A stretch of DNA of 64,000 nt from Eledone cirrhosa. Its lineage: Eukaryota. The stretch spans positions 141,794,001 through 141,858,000 of the forward strand of contig OZ024742.1 of the NCBI GenBank assembly GCA_964016885.1. The letters run 5' to 3'. The first letter of the stretch is position 1. The number at the start of each line of letters is the position of its first letter. Below are positions 39,995-53,884 of this stretch, piece by piece. The notes beneath the pieces were generated by a model, which had not been told where the DNA came from, searched no databases, and saw only the letters and a program-made list of their open reading frames with translations. The translations under genes were made by a program, and so were the position numbers.

Positions 39995-42172
39995 CTTCTG
40001 GTTTTATAATTTCACAAATGTTTGCCAATAGAGAGTCGGTTTCTAACATAGATAGAAGACTCTCTCATTGGAATTTACACATCAACTAGGTAGATATGTA
40101 TGCATGTCTGCATGTATGCGTGTGTAGGTATGGATGTTATTGTATGTGTGGATGTGGATGTTTTGAGTTATTTGTGTGCACGTGCATATGCTTTGTATCA
40201 GTACAAGTGTATATGTAGTTATTAAAAGCAGAATTTTTGGAATGTTTTACATATTTTTACTGTTCCATTAATGGATTGTACTTGTAATTTCCTAACTAGT
40301 CGTGTTCTTTCTGTTCCTGTGAAGCCTAGCTTCTCAAGATTTGCATTGAGGCAGTTACTAATATATCCCAGTGCCCCAATAATCACAGGCATAAATCTGA
40401 AGGTGTAATCAGGGTGGAGTATCTGCAGATTTTTCATTAGTTCTACATAAATATTCTCCTTTTCGCTAATCTTTGATATTATATTGGCATCTGCTGGGCA
40501 GCTAACATCCACTACTGTGCATATCTTCCTTTCCCTGTCCCATATCATTATATCTGATCTGTTATGCCTGCATTTTATTGGGGTTTTACTGGAACATTCT
40601 ACCAGTACTCTTTCATATTGTGTATATGTATATCTTAAACATTGTTGTAGCTTTTAATGTGTTTATTGTCGGGGTTATCTTTTCTACGGTTTGCATTGTA
40701 CAGTGGCCTCATAGGTAGATAGTACCGTGATGACATCTTTGGACAGCTGCTTATGACATGGGTAACATCTTCGATGTTAATTCTGCAGATTCCGCACTTG
40801 CTGTCACATCTAGGGGTTTTGCCTGCATCCCTATCTCTTTTGTGATTTCCTGTTCTTGGATTACAAAAGCGTATCCTTCAAAGTGGGAGCCAATGTAGCA
40901 GTTGTTGGTCCAAGATAGACTACTTTCTTTATCTATATTACTCTCAATCTGGAGCTTCCTGGCAACATATTCATGCATGATATTTTGCTGATAAGAATGT
41001 AGTGTTTCATCCATGGATTCACTGCGATACTGCTGGGCAATTTCCCTGGGTGTGAGTTTTTGATTATCATGCAGTATCTTTCAAGGAGTTCCTTCCCAAC
41101 TCTTATGCTCTTAAATGTAAGGTTTAATTGTAAATATTGTCGGAGGGATATGATGCGACACTCAAATGCTGTCTGGACTGAAGTTAGGCCTCTACGCCCC
41201 TTTCTTACGTTTCAAGTAAAGGCGGTCTATGTCCCAGTTCATGTGGAAGTTTCCGGTGTAGTTTAGAATTTTTCGAGGTTTAACATCAATTGCTCGGATT
41301 TCTCTATCGTCCGGTAGAGTATCCCAAACGTTGGTGTTAGGACAAGCACAGCAAACACATTCTGAGCCACTGTTTTATTGTGCACAGAGAGTTCCGATGA
41401 CCATATTTTTCTTAATCGGTTGTAATATTCTCTGGTTACACGTTCCTTATTACAAATAACATTATAGGATATATTCTCATCTATCGCCAGGTATCTGTAG
41501 CAGTCCTCGTCAGATATCGGTGAAACGGTTAGGTCATTGATAAAAATGTTGCTAGATTGGGTTGTAGTTTTCCCCGCTTTACAGTCATATATGAACATTT
41601 ATTTTGACCAAACTCCATTACTATATCCTTTGTTCTTGGCATAGAGTTTCAAGATATCAACAAATATGTTAAGTTCGTATTTCTGTCCTCCTGTGAGCCA
41701 ATGATGTATCTTCACATTTCTTGAGCAGAAAGGACAAGGGTTTAATGACAGGATAAATAGTAGCACAGAGAGATTGTCTTCTTGAAAAATACCCCTGTGA
41801 TATTCTATTTTATCAGTGAAAATAGAGTGTTCCTTCTCTGTTTTTAACTTAAGGATAGTAGCCCAACTAGAAGACAGCTTCTCTAGGGCTCTGATAATAA
41901 TGACTGGGATTTTAGCAAGTTGGAGGGCCTCTATCATCCAAGAGTGAGGAACAGAATCAAAAGATTTCCTGTAGTCCAGCCTGACTGTAGCCATATTCCT
42001 CCTAAGTTGTCGCACCTCCGACATCGCAGTTTTGTTGACTAGGAGTTGTTCAGCACATCCCAAATACATTTCTTTCTAGCTGCTTGTCCATCTGTTATGA
42101 TGCTATTATTTTCACAGTGATATTGGAGAAATAGGTTCAGGCAGGCTATATACATCTTATACATCAGGTTCT
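39995..42172 (-). mobile_element. 5'-truncated R4/Dong-like LINE (RT plus restriction-like endonuclease), degenerate
   Basis: EQLLVNK, LDYRKSFDSVPHSW, RGIFQEDNLS, YRYL, VVDVSCP. The 3' end abuts (ATGT)n. Homologous to 55650-57823. Confidence 0.88.
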
Positions 42173-42182
42173 GTATGTATGT

Positions 42183-43180
42183 TCTTCTGGTTTTATAATT
42201 TCACAAATTTCTTCCCAATAGAGAGAGAGTCGGTTTCTAACATAGACACAAGACTCTCTCATTGGAATTTACACAACATCAACTAGGTAGATATGTATGT
42301 ATGCATGCATATGTAGATATGGATGTTATTGTATGTGTGGATGTGGATGTTCTGAGTTGTATGTGTGCATGTGTATATGCTTTGGATCTGTACATGTGTA
42401 TATGCAGTTATTAGATGCAACATTTTTGGAATGTTTTACATATTTTTACTGATTGTACTTGTCATTTCCTAACTAGTTGTGTTCGTTCTGTTCCTTCTCA
42501 AGATTTGTATTGAGACAGTTACTAACATAACCCAGTGCCCCAATAATCACAGGCATAAATCTGATGGTGTAATCAGGGTGGAGTATCTGCATAAATATTC
42601 TCCTTTTCGCTCATCTTTGATATTATATTGGCATCTGCTGGGCAGCTAATTTCCACTACTGTGCATGCTTTCTTCTCCCTATCCCATATCATAATATCTG
42701 GTGTGTTATGCCTGCATTTTATTGGGGGTTTTACTGGAACATTCCACCAGTACTCTTTCATATTATGTACATGAATGTCTTCCACATTGCTGTAGCTTTT
42801 AATGTGTTTATTATTGAGGTTATCCTTTTTACGAACTGCATTGTACAGTGTTTTGGCCACTACATTATGCCTCATAGCTAGATAGTACCGCGATGACATC
42901 TTTGGACAGCTGCTGATGACATGGGTGATATCCTCGAAGTTATTTCTGCAGAGCCTGCACATGTTATCACATCATTTGCCTGCATCCCTATCTCTTTTGT
43001 GAATCAGGTATTTAGTGTTAATCTCCTGTTCTTGGATTGCAAAAGCGTATCCTTCAAAGTGGGAGCCAATATAGCGGTTGTTGGTCGAAGATAGACTACT
43101 TTCCTTATCTATATTACTCTCACTCTGGAGCTTCCTGGCAACATATCGATGCATGATTTTTTTGCTGATAAGCATGCAGT
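42183..43180 (-). mobile_element. Second 5'-truncated R4/Dong-like copy (CCHC plus RLE domain)
   Basis: CRLCRNNFEDITHVISSC, MRHNVVAK, HNTPDIMIWDREKKACTVVEISCP (PD..E motif). Flanked by (ATGT)n. Confidence 0.88.
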
Positions 43181-43181
43181 T

Positions 43182-43480
43182 GTATGTATGTATGCATGTA
43201 TGTATGTATGTGTGTATGTATGTATGTATGTATGTATGTATGTATGTATGTATGTATGTATATATGTATGTATGTATGTACGTATGTATGTGTGTATGTA
43301 TGTATGTATGTATGTATGTATGTATGTATGTATGTATGTATGTATGTATGTACGTATGTATGTATGTATGTATGTATGTATGTATGTATGTACGTACGTA
43401 TGTATGTATGTATGTATGTATGTATGTATGTATGTATGTATGTATGTACGTACGTATGTATGTATGTATGTATGTATGTA
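43182..43480. repeat. (TATG)n microsatellite
   Basis: Direct inspection. Confidence 0.95.
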
Positions 43481-44092
43481 TTGTCACAGGTGTAGTGTTT
43501 GTACCAGAGTTTTCAAGTCGCTGGCTGGACTAAAAAGTCACACAGGTTCAGTGCATCGGTACATGGATATAAAGTAGTGGCCGTACTCGAAAACGAGTTG
43601 GCAGACACCATGTATGTATGTATGTATGTATGTATGTATGTATGTATGTATGTATGTATGTATGTATGTATGTATGTATCTCTTTCTCTTAATTTAGAGT
43701 TCATTTTTTACCGGCTAATTTCCAGGTGGTAAGGTTGTAAAAGAAAAGAAATAGTCATCCTTTGAATCGCAAGAATGTTTTGCAATTTTTGAAGGGCCAT
43801 CTATTGCAGCCATTCGTAGTCTATGAATTAGGGCGCTGCGCTCTTTGTCCACAAATTCAAGTTCAGTCATACATCTATGTATGTATGTATGTATGTATGT
43901 ATGTATGTATGTATGTATGTATGTATGTATGTATGTATGTATGTGTCAATAATTGTCACAAGTGTAGTGTTTGTACCAGAGTTTTCAAGTCGCTGGCTGA
44001 ACTACAAAGTCACACTCGTTCAGCGCATCGGTAGGGGTTCTCCTACATGGATATAAAGTAGTGGCCGTACTTGAAAACGAGTTAGCAGCCAC
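43481..44092 (+). mobile_element. Two 3' fragments of the non-autonomous RTE derivative (about 43481-43609 and 43944-44092)
   Basis: tgtcacaagtgtagtgtttgtaccagagttttcaagtcgctggctg...gcagccacc followed by (ATGT)n. Confidence 0.8.
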
Positions 44093-44163
44093 CATATGTA
44101 TGTATGTATGTATATTTTTATGTATGTATGTATGTTTGTATATTTGTATGTATTATGTATGTA

Positions 44164-44835
44164 TGGTCGGGTCGTCAGAGACTAAACCGGCAACCCCTTC
44201 AAGTTTACTTGGTGAGGAGGGTGATTTTGGACACCCTGCAAGACGAAAAAAAACAAAAAACCTGACTCATAAGAGTCAACGGCCATCCGAAAGGGTGTAA
44301 ATATGTATATACACATGTACCGCGCGGTTAAACCACTGGGAGTGAAGGGCCCATAGCCTTTGTTAGGGCATTCTTCTAGGAGAAGGCAACTCAGGAAACT
44401 GGGATAACTCTGATATAAAACCTGCGGCTCAGTAGTTACCGATGATGTTGATCTTTTCTTCTTTTCGGGTTATAGCTACTGTCGCTCAGAGAGTGGGATT
44501 GGCTCAGTGCACAGTCTTTCCTCACTTTAAAAAAATATCTTCACGCGCAGGCATTGCACGATAGAATAAATTAATTATTATTAATAATGGTGGATTGGCA
44601 GTATCGGTAGAGGGTCGGACGCCATGCTTTCCAGCATAGTTACGGCCCTTTACGATCTGAGTTCAAATCCCGCCGAGGTTAACTTTGCCTTTCATCCTTA
44701 CGGGGTCGATAAAATAAAGTACCAGTAATGCACTGAGTAATTGCTGGCCTTGTGCCTAAAGTAGAAACAATTATTAATAATGGTATATCGTGTAATGGCC
44801 ATACTCGATAACGAGGGTGCAGCCATCATCATCAT
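44164..44835 (+). mobile_element. Diverged subfamily of the non-autonomous RTE derivative, interrupted by a SINE
   Basis: ggtcgggtcgtcagagactaaaccggcaacc...tctaggagaagg...gagagtggga...caggcattgc. Ends with ggccatactcgataacgagggtgcagccatcatc. Confidence 0.7.
44589..44769 (+). mobile_element. tRNA-derived SINE with 15-bp TSD
   Basis: TSD attattaataatggt at 44577-44591 and 44770-44784. Confidence 0.88.
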
Positions 44836-45362
44836 GTATGTATGTATGTGTGTAGGTAGTAGTGAGATAGGTAGGTAGGTAGGTAGGTAGGTAGGTAGGT
44901 AGGTAGGTAGGTAGGTAGGTATGTATGTATGTATGTATATTCCATAAGCATAGCTTGCTACGATTTGCTGAAGAAACTGAATATTACTTATTCTCTTCGT
45001 AAAACAATGGGTAATGTATTAGTAATAATAACAATAACAATAATAGTAACAAACATTAACGTAAAATAGCAATCGGAATTATATATGAGTATAAAACGAA
45101 ACATAAAAATGATAGTCACGTAAAATGGGTCTTGAGAAACAGAGAGAGAGACAGACGGAGAAAGAGGGAGTAAGAGAAAGAGATAAAGAGAGAGATAAAG
45201 AGAGGGAGAGAAAGAGAGAGAGATAAAGAGAGTGAGAGAGGAGGGGAGGGGGAGATAAAGGGTATTTATAAAATAGAAAAGGAGAAAGATGAATGCGTGT
45301 AGAATCATATAGCAAAGTATGATTTTATTGGCGATCGAAAGTTAGGAACAAATAAGACAGTG

Positions 45363-45458
<96 letters not shown>

Positions 45459-45519
45459 CTATATATATATATTTATATCTATATATATGTATTATATATA
45501 TATACATACACACACACAA

Positions 45520-45629
<110 letters not shown>

Positions 45630-45723
45630 CTATATATATATATTTATATCTATATATATGTATTATATATATATATATGTATTATATATATATACATACA
45701 CACACATACACACACACACACAA

Positions 45724-45765
<42 letters not shown>

Positions 45766-48700
45766 GCATATATATAAATAATTTCTGAAATAGCTTTCGA
45801 AAAACAGACGTTTTTATGATGTATGGTAACAATAGATGACTACTTAGAACATTGTGGTGTGTGTAAAATGTGACAAGATGCCGTTGAATGGGTTCTCCAA
45901 GCCACAGTTAAAGACGGCTACATCAATTCGACAATTCGAAATCTATGGCTTTATCCTGACAGGAAAAATGCCGAGGTTAATTGCATAAAAGCAATCATCG
46001 AATTAAAACGTCTGGGTTATAAATGTACATTGATATACTGTTTTTGTTGTTGTTGGTGGTGGTGATGATGGTGGTGGTGTTGGTGATGGTGGTGTTAGTG
46101 GTGGTGATGGTGATGTTTGTGGTGGTGGTTGCTCTTGTTATTATCGTTGTTGTTGCTCCTCGTAAGAGGATTCTTCATCATGATCATCACCGTCGTTGTC
46201 ATCATCATTATCATTATTATCATCCTCATATTCAAAAATATGATCATCATCATGATCTTGTTATATCAAACCTGTTCGCTTTATATCTGTATAGACACTA
46301 TTTTTGGCAGAGTCGTTGGAACATCGGACAAAATGCTTTGTTAAATCGTAGGGTCACATTGGAATTTGTTCTCATAGAAGAAAGAGCTGGAATGAATATA
46401 ATAAGGTATCTCGCCTGATGCTCTTCCGTTAATCCACCGCCTTTGACTGGTACTTATGTTATTGACTCCGAAATGACAAATTATAAAGTTGACTTCGGTG
46501 GGTTTTGAACCCGAATTTCAGAGATCAAACAGTGCAATCCATTTTGTCCAATGCTCTAACGACTCTGCCAATTTACCGCCTATACCATGCAATTTAGTCG
46601 CTTCAATCGACTAGAATCTTTTATTAGAAACGAAAAAGGACCAATACAAGAAGTCGTTATCTTATCGATTACTGTTGGATTGAAAAGCAGGATTTCAATT
46701 CAAAAGCCTCACATGCCAAGCTAGTTAGCGTAAAGCCTCTCTCATCCAAATCTTTATCAATTAGGATGAATACATCTACCTTCACAATTACCAATAAGTA
46801 GAAATATTCCGTTTCTCGAATAGAATCGACCCTTAAAAATTTCGCTAACTAAAGGCCTGGAAAACTTGTTGAATAAAAGGAATAAAGTCTTATCGACACA
46901 CAAAGAGATTTAATCTATTAGCAATCCGATGAAACTTAAGTTACGCCTTGTCTTGGAGAAGGGAACGCTAACAAAGCCCTTGATTCTATTCATGTTAGTG
47001 AATAAGCATAGTTACCTGGTTTGAGCGACACCTATAATTACAAAACCGCTAATGAACGAACCTACTATTATTAGTACTGCTATTTCTGTTATTGTCTCAA
47101 TATGCACTACTTACAAATTAGCATAAAATTAATAACTCTTGAAATTCCCGTTGGTACTTCATGACACGTCAGTGTCTGTAATGGTGGCAAACATGATGAT
47201 GGATTGATGGAGTCATAGCAGTAATGACATTCGTGATTAGGATTAAGGTTAGTCATGGTGAAACAGTTATTATAGTAGTGATGAATGTGAAAATTGTGGT
47301 AGTGGTGACCATGGTTATAGTGGCTTGCAGTAATGGTGAACAAGATTGTTGTTGCTGTTGCTGTTGTTGGTGCTGGTTGTTGTTGTTGTTGTTGTTGCTG
47401 TTGTTGTTGTTGTTGCTGTTGTTGTTGTTGTTGTTGTTGTTGTTGGTGGTGGTGGTAGTGTTGCAGTTGTTATTGGTAGTGGTGGTGGTGTTTATTGTGT
47501 GGGTTTTAGCAATAGTTGTCGAAACAAAGATGATGATAGTTCATAGGGATGTTGTTTTTTTATGGGTTATTCTCAAATGTATAGATAACGCCCATGGCGT
47601 TCCATAGCTCTTCTAAATGAGGAAATTGAAGTAGCTGGATGAGATTTTACTCAGTTTGAATATTAGTGGTTGTTGATAATGGGCGGGACAACATAAACAC
47701 GGAGAAAGTTCCAATGATATAACAATATTCTGAACAATATACATAGAAATACTTTCATCTTTTAGATGTTGATAATTAAAGTACCAGTCTAGTACTGGGA
47801 TCGATTCCTTCCCTGCCTCTATTTATCAATACCCCTCTCTCCTTCTTTCTGGAAGAAATAGATTGTGTTCCGATGGAAGAAGGATGGGCTCTGTCGGGTT
47901 TAAGATGCTCAATACCAACAGGAGTTAACTGCCCTTTACCTATTGTGTACGAGCATAGTAGACTTGCACACTTAAATCTTAATCTAATAACTGGTAGTAT
48001 TGATCACCAAGTATTTATACAATACTATTATACTAAGTAGATAGTCAGTTGCTTCTAGTACCATATTAAAATACTCTACAAGATTAATCCAATAAATATT
48101 TTAAAAGCAAACGAGAACATTCGCTCGAATTGATCGGAATAGTATCCAGTTTTCATTTAAATCCCATTTTGTAGTCTTAATGGATGACCCATTGTATTTT
48201 ATAACTCTACATATACTATGCGCGAAAAATATCTATAAGCAGGAGAGTCACAGCTGGATTGCCTTTGATAATATGTATTTTCAACCAGCACTGACATGGA
48301 CTAACAACATTTACATAGACTTTTCCGCATTTATGTATGTATACGAGTTGTTTACCCTCGTCCAGCCATGTTTATCCCACTTTTTTCAGGTAGAGGTGTA
48401 TATCTATGATTACATTATCTAATGCAGCCTTCTTTATTTCAAGATGAAATTTGTGATTTGAAGATACTTCGCAATTATTTCGAGCAGGTAAAGCGACCCG
48501 TCGAAGCACCTCTTTCACTATTTCGTATTCCTACAAGTATGTGAAAAATGTATGTCAAGTCGATTGTCCGTCATCATTTCTGCACTTAGAGTGTATTCGT
48601 TATTTATATATTTATATAAAATGTAATGTCTTCTTAAATAACTAGAGAAATTCATTCTAAGAGATGCCAAGACACATATATGGTTGTTGCGGCGAGAGAC

Positions 48701-49113
48701 ATAAGCTGACATTTATACGGCGAAGATTACTTTCTCCAGTCTCACTTATTACACTGTGGAACAGATGTCAGTTAATTAGGCGGTATAGAAAGTAGAGATT
48801 CCAAAGATGAGAAATGGTATCGGAGTGAGAAGGATGAAAAAGAATAACAAGGAAGAAAGAATGATAACAGAAAGAGGGATGCATGAGAGGAGAGATGGGA
48901 AATACGGAGAGAAAAGGAACGGTCTGCTTATACGGTGAGAAGTTGTAGACAGAGAAAAGTAGGTGTGCAAACATTGTTTGTACAACTAACAGCAAGTAGA
49001 TCTTAATGCATCTTCTTAATGCTGTTCACAATTCACATTTACCCAGTATAAATAATAAAGATTGATTATGTATGCACGTACGTACGAATGTATATATGTA
49101 TGTATGCGTGTGA

Positions 49114-49173
<60 letters not shown>

Positions 49174-49223
49174 GATTATGTATGTACGTACGTACGAATG
49201 TATATATGTATGTATGCGTGTGA

Positions 49224-49297
<74 letters not shown>

Positions 49298-49964
49298 TCA
49301 CGTTTATATCCATACGTTCAAAGCTGATGATTCACTTCATTTTATAATTTTAGTATTGAAAATTTGTGTACGTATCCTGAACTTAATTACACAGAACTAA
49401 GCTGATTCTATATGCTGTTAATGACAACTAATTGTATTTCTAGAATGAATATTATATGAGACAAAGGGCAGGGATGATGGGTAGTTATATACACAGAGAC
49501 ATTTTATATATATATAATGTAGGAGGTGAGTTTTATTGTAGCATAATAAAGCAATGCAAATATCGGATAAGTAGCACTCTACAGTTTGTAGGACTGGAGT
49601 ATAAATAATATAAGATCAAAAGATGGTTAAAAGATTTCCAAGTATGCGCATAATAAAATACTTGGAACTCTTTTAACCATATCCAGTTCCTCAGAGAAAT
49701 AACAACCCAACCAGGAGCTAGACGGAGTAAAACACTTTAACAACATGTGTATCTGTCTCTACCACACCAATTGGCTGTCACCGAAATATATATAGCAGTA
49801 CATCTTTAATAAACGAAGCCAAATCTTAAATATTTGACTTAATTACTTTATTTTATATATATATATATATATAAGTATATATAAAGGATCGATCGACTTT
49901 CATCAAATCGGACCGAGGAAACAATGTTTTCGTCGGTCTTTCCAATTGCTAATACTATCTATCG

Positions 49965-50097
49965 GTCGCAACTCCAGGTAGAAGGAGCAACGTGAAATAA
50001 CGTGTCTTGCTCAAGGACATAACGCATCGCCCGGTCCAGGAATCGAACTCACAACCTCAAGATTGTGAATCCAATTCTCTAACCACTCAGCCACACG
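49965..50097 (-). mobile_element. Second SINE family copy
   Basis: Minus strand shows A box TGGCTGAGTGG and B box GAGTTCGATTCC, then gcgttatgtccttgagcaagacac. Confidence 0.75.
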
Positions 50098-50173
50098 CGT
50101 GTGCATTATAATATATAACACATTTACATAATGTATTGATATATTATATATATATAGAAGAATATATATATAT

Positions 50174-50238
<65 letters not shown>

Positions 50239-50279
50239 AGTAGAGAAAGTGATAGAGTTATATTATATATCATTATATG

Positions 50280-50356
<77 letters not shown>

Positions 50357-50502
50357 AACGATATTTGGAAAAATGTCTCGATTAATGTTCAGATCTATCT
50401 ATCTCTCTCTCTATATATATATATATATACATACACCCAAACAAAGAAGGAGGGGAAGTGAAAATGAAAAGCGAAAAAAAGGAGAGTGATATAGGTAGAT
50501 GA

Positions 50503-50603
<101 letters not shown>

Positions 50604-50708
50604 GTGAATTGGGGAGAGAGAGAGAATTCTATTCCATAGAGTAAACAATTTGACTCCAGATAGCAAAACGATCCTAGTTAATATCATCAACTGATATTAA
50701 TTATAAGC

Positions 50709-50806
50709 TGAGGTTAACTTTGCCTTTTATCCTTACGGGGGTCGATAAAATAAAGTATCAGTAATGCACTGGGTAATTGCTGGCCTTGTGCCAAATGTAG
50801 AAACAA
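50709..50806 (+). mobile_element. 5'-truncated SINE
   Basis: gaggttaactttgcctttt...gtcgataaaataaagta...tgtgccaaatgtagaaac. Confidence 0.8.
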
Positions 50807-51731
50807 TTAATTATAAATTTATATTTATACAGTATATTGTCTTGTATTGTTTATTAATTGTTTCTAAATACCTTTGCTAGTTTTCTCTATTTGTTCTCTA
50901 ATATTTTAAAACTTATCTTCCTATCTTCCTGAAAATATTCTCTGATGCAGCATAAATTAAAATGTTTGGAAAAATAGATTTTATTTAATTTAAAATTAAT
51001 AGTTTTTATTCTTATCAAATTTACTTTCCCATTTAAATTCTGTTATTGCGTTGTATCTACTTTTTGGTTGTCTCTTCTCTTTCTCCCATAGAGAAGATAT
51101 CTTGGAGTTATTAAAAGATATGACGAGTTAGTATGGATTTTAAATGGAATGAAAATTAATGACGTCTGCTGTTACGCAGACTAACATCCAATTATATCTG
51201 TGTATATATATATATGTGTGTGTGTGTGTGAGAGAGTGTGTGTGTGTGTATGTGTACGTATGTGTGTGTATGTATATATGAGCGTATATATATATGTATA
51301 TATATGTCTATGCATATGTATGTATATATATATATACGTATATATATATATATATAGAGCGAGAGAACGAGTCAGAAAGAAAGAGATAGATAGATATACA
51401 TAAATACATATACACATCACAACCGTTATTCTCATACTCAAATAACTCATAGAAAACAAAATCATATATATACATACACACACGCACACACACACACACA
51501 CACACACGCACACACGCACACACACACACACACACATATATATATACATATATGTGTATATATACATATGTTCAAACATACACATGTGCATACATAAATA
51601 TAATTGGATATATATGTATGTATAAAAAAATATTGACGTGTGCGACAGAAGTAATGTATAATTTAATTAATCATTAATGTCTTCTTTGTATTGGTAATTA
51701 ATACACGTATATATACATATACATATGTATA

Positions 51732-51804
<73 letters not shown>

Positions 51805-52073
51805 TATAGAGTAAAGCATGTCCAGAGAATTATTTGATAATATATATACATCACCTCTACTCCCAATCAGCATAATTAACGACACAAAAAATCAATTAGA
51901 CCAGGCTATGAGAATAAAAGGGTCCTATGAAGAAACAGTAAATAAATACGCCACAGCAGCGTCTTCGCGGCCAGCCGCTATAGAACATTTACCCAACATT
52001 TCAACAGCACGGGGAAATGAATTAAATATACGGTCAACCATTCATAATTAGGTAAAAATTAAAGTTAGAAATG

Positions 52074-52129
<56 letters not shown>

Positions 52130-52276
52130 ATAATAATAAACCAGAAGATCCCGTTAAGGGTGAAAGCACCGATTCTTTGCTTAAACTTTAATCTGTTATT
52201 TTAATAAATATATATATATTTATTAAATATTTATCAAACAGTTGAAAATTGCAAACTTGACTGTCACCACATATTA

Positions 52277-52318
52277 TGAACCTGAAGATTGTTGCGAAAG
52301 CATGAAAGTACTTGTTCA
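52277..52318 (+). ncRNA. Minimal hammerhead ribozyme motif
   Basis: UGAAC-CUGAAGA-UUGU-UGC-GAAA-GCA-U-GAAA-GUAC-UU-GUUCA. 5-bp helix I and palindromic AGUACU helix III. Confidence 0.65.
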
Positions 52319-52470
52319 ATTAACACTTAGAATTTAATATTCTATCATACTATTTCATTATAATACCATTATAAATTTTAAAGGATTGTAAATAAAACGA
52401 GTAAATCAGACAAAGTTGGAATTCCTCTTATTAATATAATCTTCTATACACAATCATGCACACCCGTGTA

Positions 52471-52601
<131 letters not shown>

Positions 52602-52644
52602 GACGTAAAATAAGAAAATTAAAATAATTAACTTACTAAAATTT

Positions 52645-52688
<44 letters not shown>

Positions 52689-52809
52689 ACTAAAAATTGA
52701 TTAACATATAAATAAACATGAATAATTTGCGGGTGATATGGCGCATGTCTTTCTGGCATGACACCCATAATTTTGATTTAGATTAAATCCATTTGATTTA
52801 TCTTAATTT

Positions 52810-52877
<68 letters not shown>

Positions 52878-53144
52878 TTTACAAAATTTACAAATATTAT
52901 TGAAGAAAATTGAATTGAATTGAATTACAAAGTGTACACATATATTAATTGGACAGACATTTCTGTATATTGATATATTCCTGTTTCTGATCGCGTATTA
53001 CTATTAGCAAGTGGCGAATGGACAGAGTTGTTAGAGCGACAAACTACATGCCTCGGTATTTGATCAGAATCTTGAAATCCACTGTTCTCAACTTTACCTG
53101 TCATCCTCTCGACCTCGATAAAATAAAGCACTAATTCTGTGGTC

Positions 53145-53192
<48 letters not shown>

Positions 53193-53884
53193 AAGAAATC
53201 GGCTGGAGAGGAATGGGCTCTGCCAAGTTTTAAAATGCCCGTGAGTGACACATCGTATGCCTTGACGACGTCTTCTGTGTTGAGACTCAATCAGGAATTA
53301 ATAGTCCTCTTCTTTCCTTTGCAATATGATTAACACTTACAGGTTGCATGTTATGAATCGCTATTACGAAGAATGCATGGAATGTTATCAGTCCTAGATT
53401 AAAGCTGACAGATATGCTTTTAAAAACACACCAAACAAACGGTACCTCATCGCCCTATTCATTGTCTAACTGATATCACAATAAAACAACAGTGTTGAAT
53501 GTGAAATAATAGATTAAACATTCAGTTTTCTCCCAGGCCGTACTTTAGGCCTGACCCTACAACTATATTATATATGGCAGTTTTTTTTAATGTAATTCAA
53601 AGTCAGAATCTACAGGTCATAGTGCCTGATAAGAGTGAACCTTTGAATTTCAAGTACAGTACATCCGACGGATTGCATACAATTTTACTCTCTAGACTTA
53701 GATCGATCCTAGAAAGACACTTGTATAATATGCCATGGGTTTCGAAAGCAGAGTCTAGTAATTCTGAAGCAAAATTCTCAACCACTCAGCCATACACACA
53801 CACATTCACACGCACATACATACATACATACATACATACATACATACATACATACATACATACATACATACATACATACATACA

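Noticed and set aside
48390-48487. Possible host exon (ttttttcag acceptor, cag/gtaaag donor)
   Set aside because: All three frames from the acceptor contain stops. Only a short ATG-initiated frame reaches the donor, with no recognisable homology. Needs RNA-seq.
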